DNA from: an uncultured Alphaproteobacteria bacterium
GTDB taxonomy: Bacteria; Pseudomonadota; Alphaproteobacteria; HIMB59; GCA-002718135
Length of the DNA stretch: 64,000 nt
Direction: 5' to 3'
Assembly: GCA_902561355.1 (NCBI GenBank)
Contig: CACEPG010000002.1
Location: forward strand, 8,607-72,606
Positions 1 through 10,163 of the stretch are shown here, in pieces (positions within the stretch are counted from its first letter, which is position 1; every line of letters begins with the position of its first letter). The notes under the pieces were generated by a model. That model was not told the DNA's origin. It did not search any database and saw only the letters and a list, made by a program, of their open reading frames with translations. Made by a program: the position numbers and the translations under genes.

Positions 1-236
1 AAAGTTATTATTTAGAAAGAATGGAACCTATTAAGAAACCAGAAGAACCTGAAGAAAAATATGATGAAAGACACCATAGATGGAGAGAATTGTGTGAAAA
101 AAGTTATAATACAGCAGAACTCATTATTGCTAAACAAAGACATGGACCCATTGGAACGATAAAAACACATTTTGACCCTAATTTTACAAGATTCAGTAAT
201 TTAACTGTTAAAGATTATGATAATATAATGGAGTGA
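1..236 (+). CDS. dnaB: replicative DNA helicase DnaB, C-terminal end (gene begins upstream of the window)
   Basis: The frame is open from nt 3. The tail ...YYLERMEP...IIAKQRHGPIGTIKTHFDPNFTRFSNL is a DnaB-type C-terminus. The stop TGA at 234-236 overlaps the GTG start of alr. Confidence 0.85.
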   Translation, partial: SYYLERMEPIKKPEEPEEKYDERHHRWRELCEKSYNTAELIIAKQRHGPIGTIKTHFDPNFTRFSNLTVKDYDNIME

Positions 237-1288
237 TTCCAAATACAGCAATTCTAGAAATATCAGTTAAAAGATTAATAGATAATTATAAATTTTTTCA
301 TAATTTAAATCAAAATATTGCAACTGCAGTTACAATTAAAGCTGATGCTTACGGTTTAGGAGATATAGAAATTTTTAAAATACTCTATAATAATGGTTGT
401 AGAAATTTTTTTGTAGCAACAGTTAGAGAAGGAGTTAAGCTAAGAAATAAATATAAAAAAGGGCATATTTATATACTTAATGGTACAGAAAATAACAAAA
501 TCAATGTTTTTAAAAACCATAATTTAATTCCTATCATCAATGATTCAAAAGAAGCTGAATTAATTATCAATAAAAATATATATTTTGGATTACATATAGA
601 CACAGGAATAAATCGCTTAGGGTGCAATATTAAAGATATCAATAATAAAATAATAAAAAATGATTACTTAAAATTAATTATGAGTCATTTAGCTAGTGCA
701 GATCAATATAAAAATACTTATAATTATATCCAAAAAGAAAAATTCAATGAATTAATAAAAAAATTTAACAGAAAAAAAATAATATTTACATTATCTAATT
801 CTCATGGAGCCGTGATTTCTAAAGATTTTCTATATAATATGATTAGACCAGGAATAGGTATTTATGGAGGTCATAATAACAGCAAAATTAAAAAATATAT
901 TAAACCAGTAATAAAGTTAAAAGCAAAAATTTTACAAATTAAAAAAATTTATAAAGATGAGTTTATAGGATACAATCAAACTCACAGAACAAAAAAAAAT
1001 ATATATGTTGCTATAATTGGAATAGGATATGCAGATGGAGTTAAAAGAATATTGAGTAACAATGGTAATATATATTTTAAAAAGAAAAAATTTAAAATAA
1101 TAGGTAGAATTTCTATGGACAGTATTACAATTGATATTACAAATAATTTTAAAAAATTTAAGATTGGTGAATTTGTAGAAATTATAAATTATGATCATGG
1201 AATTGATGAATTGGCAGATAAATGCAATACAATAAGTAATGAAATTATTACGTCTATTTCCCAAAGAGTTAAAAGATTGTATGTATAA
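233..1288 (+). CDS. alr: alanine racemase
   Basis: 351 aa. It has the PLP-lysine motif AVTIKADAYGLG (compare VKANAYGHG), later GYADG and GRISMD strings, and a GTG start in a GTGA overlap with dnaB. Confidence 0.85.
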   Translation: MIPNTAILEISVKRLIDNYKFFHNLNQNIATAVTIKADAYGLGDIEIFKILYNNGCRNFFVATVREGVKLRNKYKKGHIYILNGTENNKINVFKNHNLIPIINDSKEAELIINKNIYFGLHIDTGINRLGCNIKDINNKIIKNDYLKLIMSHLASADQYKNTYNYIQKEKFNELIKKFNRKKIIFTLSNSHGAVISKDFLYNMIRPGIGIYGGHNNSKIKKYIKPVIKLKAKILQIKKIYKDEFIGYNQTHRTKKNIYVAIIGIGYADGVKRILSNNGNIYFKKKKFKIIGRISMDSITIDITNNFKKFKIGEFVEIINYDHGIDELADKCNTISNEIITSISQRVKRLYV

Positions 1289-3665
1289 AATAAATAAAAT
1301 TATATTATCGCTGATTTTGTTATTTTTATTAGTTTTCTTTTCATTTAATTTAAAAAACTTTAGAATAGATGCTTCATCTGATACTTTAGTATCTCAAAAC
1401 GATAAAGATTTTTTATATTTCAACTATTATAATGAAATTTTTGAATCAAATAACTATTTAGTATTAGCAATAAAATCATCTAAAGAAATAGATAAAAAAT
1501 ATATCAAACATATTGAAAATATAAGTTTAAAAATAAGTAAATTAGATAATGTTTATAATATATTTAATATTAATAAAGCCCCAATATTATTACTAAATAA
1601 TTCGAAAATTACTGATTTATCTAATCAAAATATTCAAACAATAATAGATACTGAATATAACTTAAAAGATGTTTTAAATGAATTTATTGAAAACCCAATT
1701 TATAAAGACCAAATTATTAACGACAAAAAGAATATTACATCAATAATTATTTATCTTAAAAAAAATAATGAATTGAAAAATTTAAAAAATAATTACAAAG
1801 ATAAAGAATTAAATTCTGAATACAAAAGAAATTATTTAAAAATTAAAAATAAAATTGATGATGATCGCAAAAAATTAATTAAAAATTTAAGAACTATTAT
1901 TGAAAATACAGATACAGATTATGAATATTTTTTAGGTGGTATAGAAATGATAACAGACGATGTTATTACATACGTTAAAAATGACATTTTAATTTTTAGT
2001 ATTTCAGCAATAATAATAATCATTTTAGTTTTATTTTTTATATTTAGAGAATTTAAATGGGTAATAATATCTTTATTTACTTCTTTTTATTCAGTATTAC
2101 TCATGTTCGGAATCCTTGGATTAACAAAAATAGAAGTTACTGCTGTTTCTTCTAATTTTACTTCACTAATGTTTATATTGTCAATTTCTATGAATATTCA
2201 TATTATTAATCATTATAGGCAGTCAAGCACAGAAGTTTCTAACAAATTAAATAATACTATAAAAATAATGATTTGGCCTTGTATATATACTGTATTAACA
2301 ACTGTAGTTGCTTTTATATCACTAACTATTTCGGACATAAAACCAATAATTGATTTTGGGTTTATTATGATAATTTCTTTGATGGTTATTTTATTTAGTT
2401 CTTTTACCTTATTACCCCTATTGATTTCTATTTTTCCTAGCTCAAACAAATTAAGAATTAATAATTTTAAAATTATTCAATTTTTTAATAACAAAGCACT
2501 AGGGAATTCAAATTTTATAATAAGTTTTGCAATATTATTATTCTTAATATCTATCTATGGAATTTCTAAACTTAATGTTGAAAATAGTTTTATAAACTAT
2601 TTTGACGAAAATACTGAAATTTACAAAGGGATGAAACTAATTGATACTGAGCTTGGCGGCACCACCCCTATGGATATTATATTAAAATTTAATAACAATG
2701 AAATTGAAGAATTTGATTCATCATCAAACGTATCTTCAGATGATTCACTATTTGAAGATGAGATATTATTAGATGATATGTTTGATACTAATGATGAAAG
2801 TAAAATTTGGTTTACTAATGAAAAATTAAAAACGATTAAAGATATTCATACATATCTAGAAAACAGAAACGAAATCGGAAAAGTTCAATCAATTGCATCT
2901 CTTTTAGATGTTGCAAACTTAATAAATAAAAATGAACTCAGTATATTTGAATTATCAATTTTATATGATGAAATACCTGAAAATTTAAAAAAGGATTTAA
3001 TAAATCCATACTTATCTGTTGATGAGAATATGGTTAAAATTACTGCAAGAGTCAAAGATTCTTATAATATTAATAGAGCTAAATTACTCGATGAAGTAAA
3101 CTTATATTTATATAATAATTATAAAGAAACTTTAATTGAATTTAAAGTAAATGGATTATTGGTTTTATATAATAATATGTTGCAATCTTTATTTACTTCT
3201 CAAATCAAATCTATAGGCTTTGTAATTTTAGCAATTTTTATAATGTTTCTTATATTATTTAGATCTTGGAAGTTAAGTTTAATAGGTATAATTCCAAATA
3301 TATTTGCTTCAAGTTATATACTTGGTATAATTGGGTTATTAAAAATTCCACTTGATATTATGACAATTACAATAGCAGCAATAAGTATAGGAATAGCTGT
3401 AGACAATACTATCCATTACTTATACCGATATAAAAATAACTATAAAACTCATAAGGAAATTAAAAAATCAATAAAATTAACTCATCAAACTGTTGGGTTT
3501 GCAGTTTTAACAACTTCTATAACAATTGCATTTGGATTTTCTGTTTTAAGTTTTTCAAATTTTATTCCAACTGTATTATTTGGAATTTTTACATCAGTAG
3601 CAATGATATTAGCAATGTTTGGAGTTTTAATTTTATTACCAAGCATTCTCTATAAATTTAAATGA
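1281..3665 (+). CDS. RND-superfamily (MMPL-type) predicted exporter
   Basis: About 794 aa with two repeated units, each a large soluble loop followed by a cluster of hydrophobic helices, as in MMPL/HpnN-type exporters. I prefer the ATG at 1281 (MYKINKIILSLILLF...) over the track start at 1239, which gives an 8-nt overlap with alr. Confidence 0.7.
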   Translation: MYKINKIILSLILLFLLVFFSFNLKNFRIDASSDTLVSQNDKDFLYFNYYNEIFESNNYLVLAIKSSKEIDKKYIKHIENISLKISKLDNVYNIFNINKAPILLLNNSKITDLSNQNIQTIIDTEYNLKDVLNEFIENPIYKDQIINDKKNITSIIIYLKKNNELKNLKNNYKDKELNSEYKRNYLKIKNKIDDDRKKLIKNLRTIIENTDTDYEYFLGGIEMITDDVITYVKNDILIFSISAIIIIILVLFFIFREFKWVIISLFTSFYSVLLMFGILGLTKIEVTAVSSNFTSLMFILSISMNIHIINHYRQSSTEVSNKLNNTIKIMIWPCIYTVLTTVVAFISLTISDIKPIIDFGFIMIISLMVILFSSFTLLPLLISIFPSSNKLRINNFKIIQFFNNKALGNSNFIISFAILLFLISIYGISKLNVENSFINYFDENTEIYKGMKLIDTELGGTTPMDIILKFNNNEIEEFDSSSNVSSDDSLFEDEILLDDMFDTNDESKIWFTNEKLKTIKDIHTYLENRNEIGKVQSIASLLDVANLINKNELSIFELSILYDEIPENLKKDLINPYLSVDENMVKITARVKDSYNINRAKLLDEVNLYLYNNYKETLIEFKVNGLLVLYNNMLQSLFTSQIKSIGFVILAIFIMFLILFRSWKLSLIGIIPNIFASSYILGIIGLLKIPLDIMTITIAAISIGIAVDNTIHYLYRYKNNYKTHKEIKKSIKLTHQTVGFAVLTTSITIAFGFSVLSFSNFIPTVLFGIFTSVAMILAMFGVLILLPSILYKFK

Positions 3666-4201
3666 TAATTCAAAATTTAATTTTTCCATTCGATTACATA
3701 TTTTTATGTATCAGTATTTTATTTGTATTATTCAGTACATGGAAAGGTTTTATAAGCTCTATATTAGGATTATTAACTTGGGTTGGATCGATTATTATAA
3801 CAATCTATACTTATGGAGCTTTATCGTCATTTATTTACAATCAACTGATTAATATAGATATATTTAGTGATTATGCTCAAATTACAGACATGATAGCTTT
3901 CATAATTTCTATTCCGTTAATTTTTCTAGTATCTTTATTTTTTTTAAGAAAAATTCGAAAAGTTTTAAATAATGATTTAGATAAACAGTTTTTAGGTAGA
4001 ATCTTGGATAAATTTTTTGGTTTATTATACGGATTCGTATTTAGTTATTTAATATTTAGTACTTTTCTATTTGGCTTAGAAAATTTTACATATTTTACTT
4101 CTTTAAATAATTGGATAATGAATAATTCATATATTTTACATACAATAAATGACCTAAATACTTTTTTAATAACTTATTTGGATTTATATGAAGAAATATA
4201 A
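3662..4201 (+). CDS. cvpA: CvpA-family integral membrane protein
   Basis: 179 aa with four hydrophobic helices and an ATGA overlap with the upstream exporter. Size, topology and position downstream of dnaB-alr fit alphaproteobacterial cvpA. This is a family-level call only. Confidence 0.5.
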   Translation: MIIQNLIFPFDYIFLCISILFVLFSTWKGFISSILGLLTWVGSIIITIYTYGALSSFIYNQLINIDIFSDYAQITDMIAFIISIPLIFLVSLFFLRKIRKVLNNDLDKQFLGRILDKFFGLLYGFVFSYLIFSTFLFGLENFTYFTSLNNWIMNNSYILHTINDLNTFLITYLDLYEEI

Positions 4202-4202
4202 A

Positions 4203-5492
4203 TTAATTAAAAGGATTTTTTGTAGAAGAAAAAATTAATTTAATACTTTTATCTTTGATTTTAAATGTTTTACAAAAATTATTAATTAAAAATGTTTTAT
4301 AATTTTTCTTTATTAAATTAGAAAAGTTACAAAATAATTTAATAGTTAAAGGCTTGTTGGAAATTTGTAATCCATATTTAAATTTAACAGTTTTACCTTT
4401 TATCAATGGATGAACTGTTTCATTAGTAACTTTTTTTAACCAATAATTAATTTTACTTGTTTTAATATTTATTGAACTCATTTGAGTTTTTAATAAAATT
4501 GTATTTTTTAAACTAGTAATATCTGATTTTTTCTTTGCAGATAAAAAAATAAATGAAATATTTTTTGATTTTGAAAAAGTAAATTCAGCTTGATTCTTAA
4601 TTTCTTTGATAAAATTTGCTTTATTTTTTATTAAATCAATTTTATTAAATAATATTATTACTGATTTAGATTTATTTAATAAAATATTGAGAATTTTTTT
4701 TACTTGATTATCAAAACCCTCCTTAGAATCGATTAATAATAAGCTCATATCAATATTTTTAATAATATTAAAACTCATTTTAATTGATTGATAATTTACA
4801 CTATCCTTTGTAATTAATTTTTTTTTATAAATTCCTGCTGTATCTAAAATTTTAAAAATATTATTTTTATAAGTAAAATAATCTTCTACAATATCTGAAG
4901 TTGTTCCAGCTATAGGACTAGTAACAGATCTCATATAGCCCAAAATACCATTTACCAATGTACTTTTGCCAGCATTTGGTTTACCAAAAATTGCTATTGA
5001 AAAATCATAATTAAAATTAATATTATTTTTTGAATTAAAACTTTCGAAAAACTGATAAATTTCATCAAAACCATGTTTGTGTGCACATGATAAATAAAAA
5101 ATATCCTTCACTCCTAAATTTGTAAAATAATTATTTTTTTTATAATTATCATCTTTATTAACTAACAATATAATCCTTTTATTAAACTTTCTTAATTTAT
5201 TTATAGGTTCAATTTCAGTATTATTTTGTGCAGTTTTATTATCTAAAACATAAAGAAAAGTATCTATTTTATTTTGTATTACATTTAATTTTAAATGATC
5301 AATTTTTTTATCATTAATGATTAATCCTGGTGTGTCATATAAACAAATATTATCCAAGCCTTTAATAACATTTATGTGCCAATCTCTTGTTGTACCTTCT
5401 TTTTTATGAATAATATTTTTTTTACCAGAAGTTAAAATATTAAATATAGAAGATTTACCTACATTAGGCTTACCAATTAGAAGAAAATTCAT
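4203..5492 (-). CDS. der: ribosome-biogenesis GTPase Der (EngA)
   Basis: 429 aa with two tandem G domains: GKPNVGKSSIFN / DTPG / NKDD, then GKPNAGKSTLVN / DTAG / NKID. A KH-like C-terminal domain follows. Confidence 0.9.
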   Translation of the reverse strand: MNFLLIGKPNVGKSSIFNILTSGKKNIIHKKEGTTRDWHINVIKGLDNICLYDTPGLIINDKKIDHLKLNVIQNKIDTFLYVLDNKTAQNNTEIEPINKLRKFNKRIILLVNKDDNYKKNNYFTNLGVKDIFYLSCAHKHGFDEIYQFFESFNSKNNINFNYDFSIAIFGKPNAGKSTLVNGILGYMRSVTSPIAGTTSDIVEDYFTYKNNIFKILDTAGIYKKKLITKDSVNYQSIKMSFNIIKNIDMSLLLIDSKEGFDNQVKKILNILLNKSKSVIILFNKIDLIKNKANFIKEIKNQAEFTFSKSKNISFIFLSAKKKSDITSLKNTILLKTQMSSINIKTSKINYWLKKVTNETVHPLIKGKTVKFKYGLQISNKPLTIKLFCNFSNLIKKNYKTFLINNFCKTFKIKDKSIKLIFSSTKNPFN

Positions 5493-5494
5493 AA

Positions 5495-6685
5495 TTAAAA
5501 AATAGTTGTTTTACCGTTTAAATGCGATGTTAATAAAATATTTTTTTGAAAATAAATTTGATTAATATTTTTCACCTTTAACTCTTTAATATTTAAAATA
5601 TTATCATTTAATATTTCAACAATAATTCCATTATCAAAAAATAGATTCAATTTATTATTCAAAATTTTAGCATCTAAAATCTTCGCTTTTTTAAAAGATT
5701 TATGAATTTCAATTTTCCAAAAAATATTTCCATTAATAATATTTATTGCTTGAATAAAATTTTCATTTTTAGTTATCAAAGCATTATTTACAAATACACT
5801 TGAATGATTTGAACTAAATATTTTATTTTTGTAAAGTATGAATTCGTCTGTGAGGATATCAAAAGTATATAAATACTCACCTTCATCCAAATAAAACAAA
5901 TAATTTTCAAACAAGTGAATTTTATCATTCGTATTATTAATTGAACTTTGAATGTCTAAATCATCAAAATTAGAAGAATGCTTTTCTCCAAAAAGCATAT
6001 CAATTGATCCTATTTTATTATTAGGTAAGATAAAATATATCAAGTTTGCAAAATTAACCATTGCGCCACCTTTTGCTTGATAAATAGGCATATCATTATA
6101 AACTTCAGACCAATTTGTTAACCCATTATTAGGATTAATAGACTCGATAGAGTCTTCATAAATAACTATTAAAGTATCTTCATATAATTTTATATTTGTA
6201 TTTAATATTTTATTAGTTTTATTTAACCAGATAATTTTACCATTTCTATCAACTAAAATTATTAACCCTGATTTAAAGCCTATAATAAATTTATCTTTAT
6301 ATTGAATAAAATTAGTTGGTATTAATAAAGGACTAGTATCATTAATATCAACAAGAATAGTTTCAATTAAATCACCATTATTTAAATCAAATTTTAACAA
6401 TTCCAAATTAGAATTAAATGCAAATATCTTATTATCTAAAATATATACTTTTAACGGTGAATTATTTTTATAAGATTTTTGATAGTTATTAATAGTAAAT
6501 TTATTTTTATAAAATTCGTTGTTAAAATTAAAAGATGAATTTAGTGATATTTTATCAATTTTTTCATATTTAGTTTGATTTAAATCTTCATCATTTATTT
6601 CAGAAAGATTTTCAACTGTTCCACAAGAAAAAACAAAGAATAAAAAGAATATTTTAAATAAATTAATTATATAATTGGAACTCAT
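5495..6685 (-). CDS. bamB: BamB-like outer-membrane assembly lipoprotein (PQQ-like beta-propeller)
   Basis: The lipoprotein-type signal MSSNYIINLFKIFFLFFVFSCG is followed by repeated beta-propeller-like segments. The conserved yfgM-bamB-der order supports the call. I prefer the internal ATG at 6685 over the track start at 6772. Confidence 0.6.
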   Translation of the reverse strand: MSSNYIINLFKIFFLFFVFSCGTVENLSEINDEDLNQTKYEKIDKISLNSSFNFNNEFYKNKFTINNYQKSYKNNSPLKVYILDNKIFAFNSNLELLKFDLNNGDLIETILVDINDTSPLLIPTNFIQYKDKFIIGFKSGLIILVDRNGKIIWLNKTNKILNTNIKLYEDTLIVIYEDSIESINPNNGLTNWSEVYNDMPIYQAKGGAMVNFANLIYFILPNNKIGSIDMLFGEKHSSNFDDLDIQSSINNTNDKIHLFENYLFYLDEGEYLYTFDILTDEFILYKNKIFSSNHSSVFVNNALITKNENFIQAINIINGNIFWKIEIHKSFKKAKILDAKILNNKLNLFFDNGIIVEILNDNILNIKELKVKNINQIYFQKNILLTSHLNGKTTIF

Positions 6686-7337
6686 GAATTTTATTAACTC
6701 TTTCCTTAATAGTTTCAGAAGTAGTTTCAGATTCCATAATTTGATTATGCAAAATAGATACTTCAGGATCATTAGAATAAGAAAGATTGTTTAGATCAAT
6801 TTTAGTAACAGCTAACAAGTATTTTAATTCAAGTTTAGAATCTTTATAACTTTCTAAATTATCATCTATCAAATTTATAAAATTTTGAATTTCAGATAAA
6901 AAATTCATAGATTCATTGTTGTATTGAATATCGATAAAATTATAAGCTGCTGCAGTTGCAATAGCTGAAATATAACTTTTATCTAAATTATTTTTATTTA
7001 ATATTGTTTGATATAGCTCTAAAACTAAATCAAAATTTTTATTTAGTAAATTAAATTTAATTAATTCAAGATTAGAAAGAATTGAGTAAAAACCATCTTT
7101 TGTACTTAATTCTTCCATTAACTTGTTATACTGTTCTTTGTCATTTAAGTTTTTTGCATTAAAAAATTTAATACTATCTTTTTGTACTTGAGAAACTTGA
7201 TAGTATGAAAAAATTTGAAATGATAAAAAAAAGATAAAAATTATTATACAAATTGTAATTATTATTTTTAATTTTTCTCTTATGAAATCTTTAACACTAA
7301 GTAAAAAATTTGATTTTGTATTTTGATTATTATTCAT
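6663..7337 (-). CDS. YfgM-like membrane-anchored TPR-like protein
   Basis: 224 aa with a single N-terminal transmembrane helix (IIITICIIIFIFFLSFQIF) and a helical repeat-like body. It sits directly upstream of the bamB-like gene and der, as in other Proteobacteria. Confidence 0.4.
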   Translation of the reverse strand: MNNNQNTKSNFLLSVKDFIREKLKIIITICIIIFIFFLSFQIFSYYQVSQVQKDSIKFFNAKNLNDKEQYNKLMEELSTKDGFYSILSNLELIKFNLLNKNFDLVLELYQTILNKNNLDKSYISAIATAAAYNFIDIQYNNESMNFLSEIQNFINLIDDNLESYKDSKLELKYLLAVTKIDLNNLSYSNDPEVSILHNQIMESETTSETIKERVNKIHEFQLYN

Positions 7338-7887
7338 TTACTTTCCACTTAATTGAACATCCAAAACTATTGAACTGTTTATTTGGTCCTATTTTCTCTT
7401 CTTTAATTTTAATCATAGCTTTAAATAATTCTCTATTTATTTCATTATTTTCTGAATTCATAACCCCAGAATCAATCCTTCCTCGATACATTAATTTAAG
7501 AGATTTATCAAAACCGAAAATATCTGGGGTACAAACTGCTCCATAATTTTTAGCAACTTCTTGGGTTTCATCATATAAAAATGGAAATGTAAAATTATAT
7601 TTATATGCAAATTGTTTCATATTATCAAATGAATCATCAGGATATTGGATTACATCATTTGACATAATAGCAATTGTGTTTATCGATTTTTTTTTTAATT
7701 CTATTGCTTCAAAGCCTAATCTTTCTGCAATTGATATTACATATGGGCAATGACAACAAATAAATGCGACTACTGTTCCAAAATCCCCTTTTAATTGATC
7801 CAATGAAAACTTGTTTCCATCTATATTTAAAAGGTTAAATTTAGGAGCAATCCAACCTAATTTATCATTTGAAGCATTTACAGACAT
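7330..7887 (-). CDS. thioredoxin-fold (AhpC/TSA-like) protein
   Basis: Carries APKFNLLNIDGNKFSL...VVAFICCHCPYV...YPDDSF...FPFLYDETQEVAKNYGAVCTPDIF, which matches the conserved CxHCPYV redoxin family. The start is ambiguous between 7887 and 7926. Confidence 0.65.
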   Translation of the reverse strand: MSVNASNDKLGWIAPKFNLLNIDGNKFSLDQLKGDFGTVVAFICCHCPYVISIAERLGFEAIELKKKSINTIAIMSNDVIQYPDDSFDNMKQFAYKYNFTFPFLYDETQEVAKNYGAVCTPDIFGFDKSLKLMYRGRIDSGVMNSENNEINRELFKAMIKIKEEKIGPNKQFNSFGCSIKWKVNE

Positions 7888-7910
7888 AAAAAAATTGGTA
7901 TATTTATTAG

Positions 7911-8240
7911 ATGAGCCTAGTATCACCTAGCCGACAATCAAACAATCATAAACTATATTTTTCTAAATCGGAAATAAGTAAAATTTTAAACTGTTATTCT
8001 ATTGGCGTTTCAAAAGGAGAATGGAAAGATTACGCTTTAAATTTTAATTATAATGAGGCTGTTTTCTTCTTTTTTAAACATTCTTTAGCTTCTCCAGATT
8101 GTATATTAATTAAATTCAAAGAAAAAAGAAAAAAAAGAATTATTTATAGACTTTCAATCAAAAATAAAAAAAATAGCAAATATGAAAATTTAGACTCTCT
8201 TCTGGTGAATCTAAAAAGATCTCAAATATCTATTATATAA
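7911..8240 (+). CDS. small conserved protein, DUF2794-like
   Basis: 109 aa. The central string ILNCYSIGVSKGEWKDYAL resembles my recollection of the alphaproteobacterial DUF2794 core (GEWRDYA). Not verified. Confidence 0.4.
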   Translation: MSLVSPSRQSNNHKLYFSKSEISKILNCYSIGVSKGEWKDYALNFNYNEAVFFFFKHSLASPDCILIKFKEKRKKRIIYRLSIKNKKNSKYENLDSLLVNLKRSQISII

Positions 8241-8258
8241 TTTTTTTATAAATATATT

Positions 8259-8849
8259 TTATTTATTAAAATACTGAGCTACTAAAAATATTTCAGAAGA
8301 ATCTTTTCTGGAAGAACTTGGTTTAAAATATTGAACATTTTTAAATTTTTTATTTAGTAATTTTAAAATTTCTTTTTCTTCTGATCCTTTCCAAATTTTA
8401 GTCACAAAAGAACCATTTTTTAATAAAATTTTGTCCAACAAATTTATAATATTCATTACAAGATAACTTATCCTTAAATGATCTGTTGATTTATGTCCTG
8501 TGGTATTTGGAGCAATATCTGATAAAACTAAATCATAATTTTGGACTATTTTATTAAAATCAAAATTTAAAAAATCTTCTTTAAAAAAATGAATATTTTT
8601 ATGATTAAATTTCAATTGTAACAAATCTATTGCTGTAATTTTTATATTTGGATTAATTTCTAATAATATTTGACTCCAACCACCTGGAGACGCACCAAAT
8701 TCAAATGTATTTTTTGATTTAATTGCAATTTTATATTTTTCATCAATTTCTAGTAGTTTAAAGGCTGAGCGGCTAAAATAGCCCTTTTGTTTAGCTTTTA
8801 TTACATAATGATCATTTTTTTGTCTATTTAACCATTCTTTTGATTTCAT
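8259..8849 (-). CDS. rlmE: 23S rRNA 2'-O-ribose U2552 methyltransferase RlmE/FtsJ
   Basis: Has SRSAFKLLEIDEKY and the SAM-binding motif FGASPGGWSQ, plus DIAPNTTGH. Length is 196 aa. Confidence 0.85.
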   Translation of the reverse strand: MKSKEWLNRQKNDHYVIKAKQKGYFSRSAFKLLEIDEKYKIAIKSKNTFEFGASPGGWSQILLEINPNIKITAIDLLQLKFNHKNIHFFKEDFLNFDFNKIVQNYDLVLSDIAPNTTGHKSTDHLRISYLVMNIINLLDKILLKNGSFVTKIWKGSEEKEILKLLNKKFKNVQYFKPSSSRKDSSEIFLVAQYFNK

Positions 8850-8920
8850 ATATAAATAGTAATTTATGGGTATTGTTTTTTATTACTTATTTAATATATA
8901 AGCCATAAAGAAAGATTCAT

Positions 8921-10156
8921 ATGAAAAGATCAATTTTTATAGCTGCAGCAATCTTTATACTGGTAGCTGGCTGGATAGGCTCAGGACAATTTACTAATGT
9001 TAAAGCGCAAGATGAAGAAATAACTATAAATAATGAAAATTCGAATGAAACTTCTCAAGAAGTTATAAATGATGTTAATAATGAAAATAAGGTTGAAATT
9101 AAAGAATTTAAATTTAGTCAAATAGACCAATCTATTGAATTACAAGGTCAAACAACACATAATAAAAAAATTGATGTAAAATCTGAAACAACTGGAAATA
9201 TTATTAATGTTAATTTTTCAAGAGGAGATAAAGTTAAAGAAGGAGAAGAATTAATTAAAATTTCTATTGAAAATAGAAAAGAGTTGCTCAATAGTGCAAA
9301 AAAAGATTTGGAAAGATTAAATAAAGAATTAATCTTGAATGAAAAAAATAAATTGAATAGATTGTCTCAGAATAGTGAATTAATTAAACTTTATGAAATT
9401 GAATTTGCTTCGGCTAAACAACTAATAGATAAAGGGCTAAGTTCTAAATCAAAATTAAGTCTAGCATCATTTAATTTGGCAAATGCTAAATCGGATAAAG
9501 AAGATATATTGATAAATTTTGAATCGCAAAAATCAAATATTGAATCTCAAATAGCTAGTGTCAAATCTCAATTAAAAAATATAGAATTAGATATTGGAAA
9601 TACTTCAATTACCGCTCCCTTTAATGGCATAATTTCAAATAAAATGGTTGAACTAAGCGAATTCATTACTCCTGGAAATATTCTTTTCACAATTATTGAT
9701 TTAAATCCAATAAAAATACAAGGTTATCTATCTGAATTTGATGTTAATAAAGTAAATTTAGGTACCAAAGCAAATATTGAAAATACCAACGGTGTAAGTA
9801 AAGAAGGTAATATTTCTTTTATTTCTCCTTCAGCTGAGACAAGTACAAGAACTTTTGAAATAACTATTGAGGCAGACAATTCTGATTTATCTTTTAAAAG
9901 TGGGATAACCACAAAAATAACTATAGCCGGATCAGAGTTAAAAGCACATAAAATTCCTCCTTCAATACTCACTTTAAGAGATGATGGTACTGTTGGCGTC
10001 AAAGCTGTAAATTATAAGAATGTTGTTATATTTTATCCAACAACTACGGTTAAAGATACAATTGATGGTATATGGGTATCAGGACTTCCAAATACTGTAA
10101 AATTAATAGTTACTGGTCAAGAATACGTTGCTGTTGGTGACCAAATAGTTAATTAA
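8921..10156 (+). CDS. RND efflux periplasmic adaptor (membrane fusion protein)
   Basis: 411 aa with an N-terminal anchor, a long coiled-coil hairpin and a beta-barrel C-terminal part. It lies immediately upstream of the RND permease (7-nt gap). Confidence 0.8.
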   Translation: MKRSIFIAAAIFILVAGWIGSGQFTNVKAQDEEITINNENSNETSQEVINDVNNENKVEIKEFKFSQIDQSIELQGQTTHNKKIDVKSETTGNIINVNFSRGDKVKEGEELIKISIENRKELLNSAKKDLERLNKELILNEKNKLNRLSQNSELIKLYEIEFASAKQLIDKGLSSKSKLSLASFNLANAKSDKEDILINFESQKSNIESQIASVKSQLKNIELDIGNTSITAPFNGIISNKMVELSEFITPGNILFTIIDLNPIKIQGYLSEFDVNKVNLGTKANIENTNGVSKEGNISFISPSAETSTRTFEITIEADNSDLSFKSGITTKITIAGSELKAHKIPPSILTLRDDGTVGVKAVNYKNVVIFYPTTTVKDTIDGIWVSGLPNTVKLIVTGQEYVAVGDQIVN

Positions 10157-10163
10157 TATTAAA

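Noticed and set aside
932-1264. 110-aa minus-strand ORF inside alr
   Set aside because: It is antisense to a well-supported alanine racemase gene, has a low-complexity I/F/N/Y-rich translation and no recognisable motif. It is a typical shadow ORF in AT-rich DNA.
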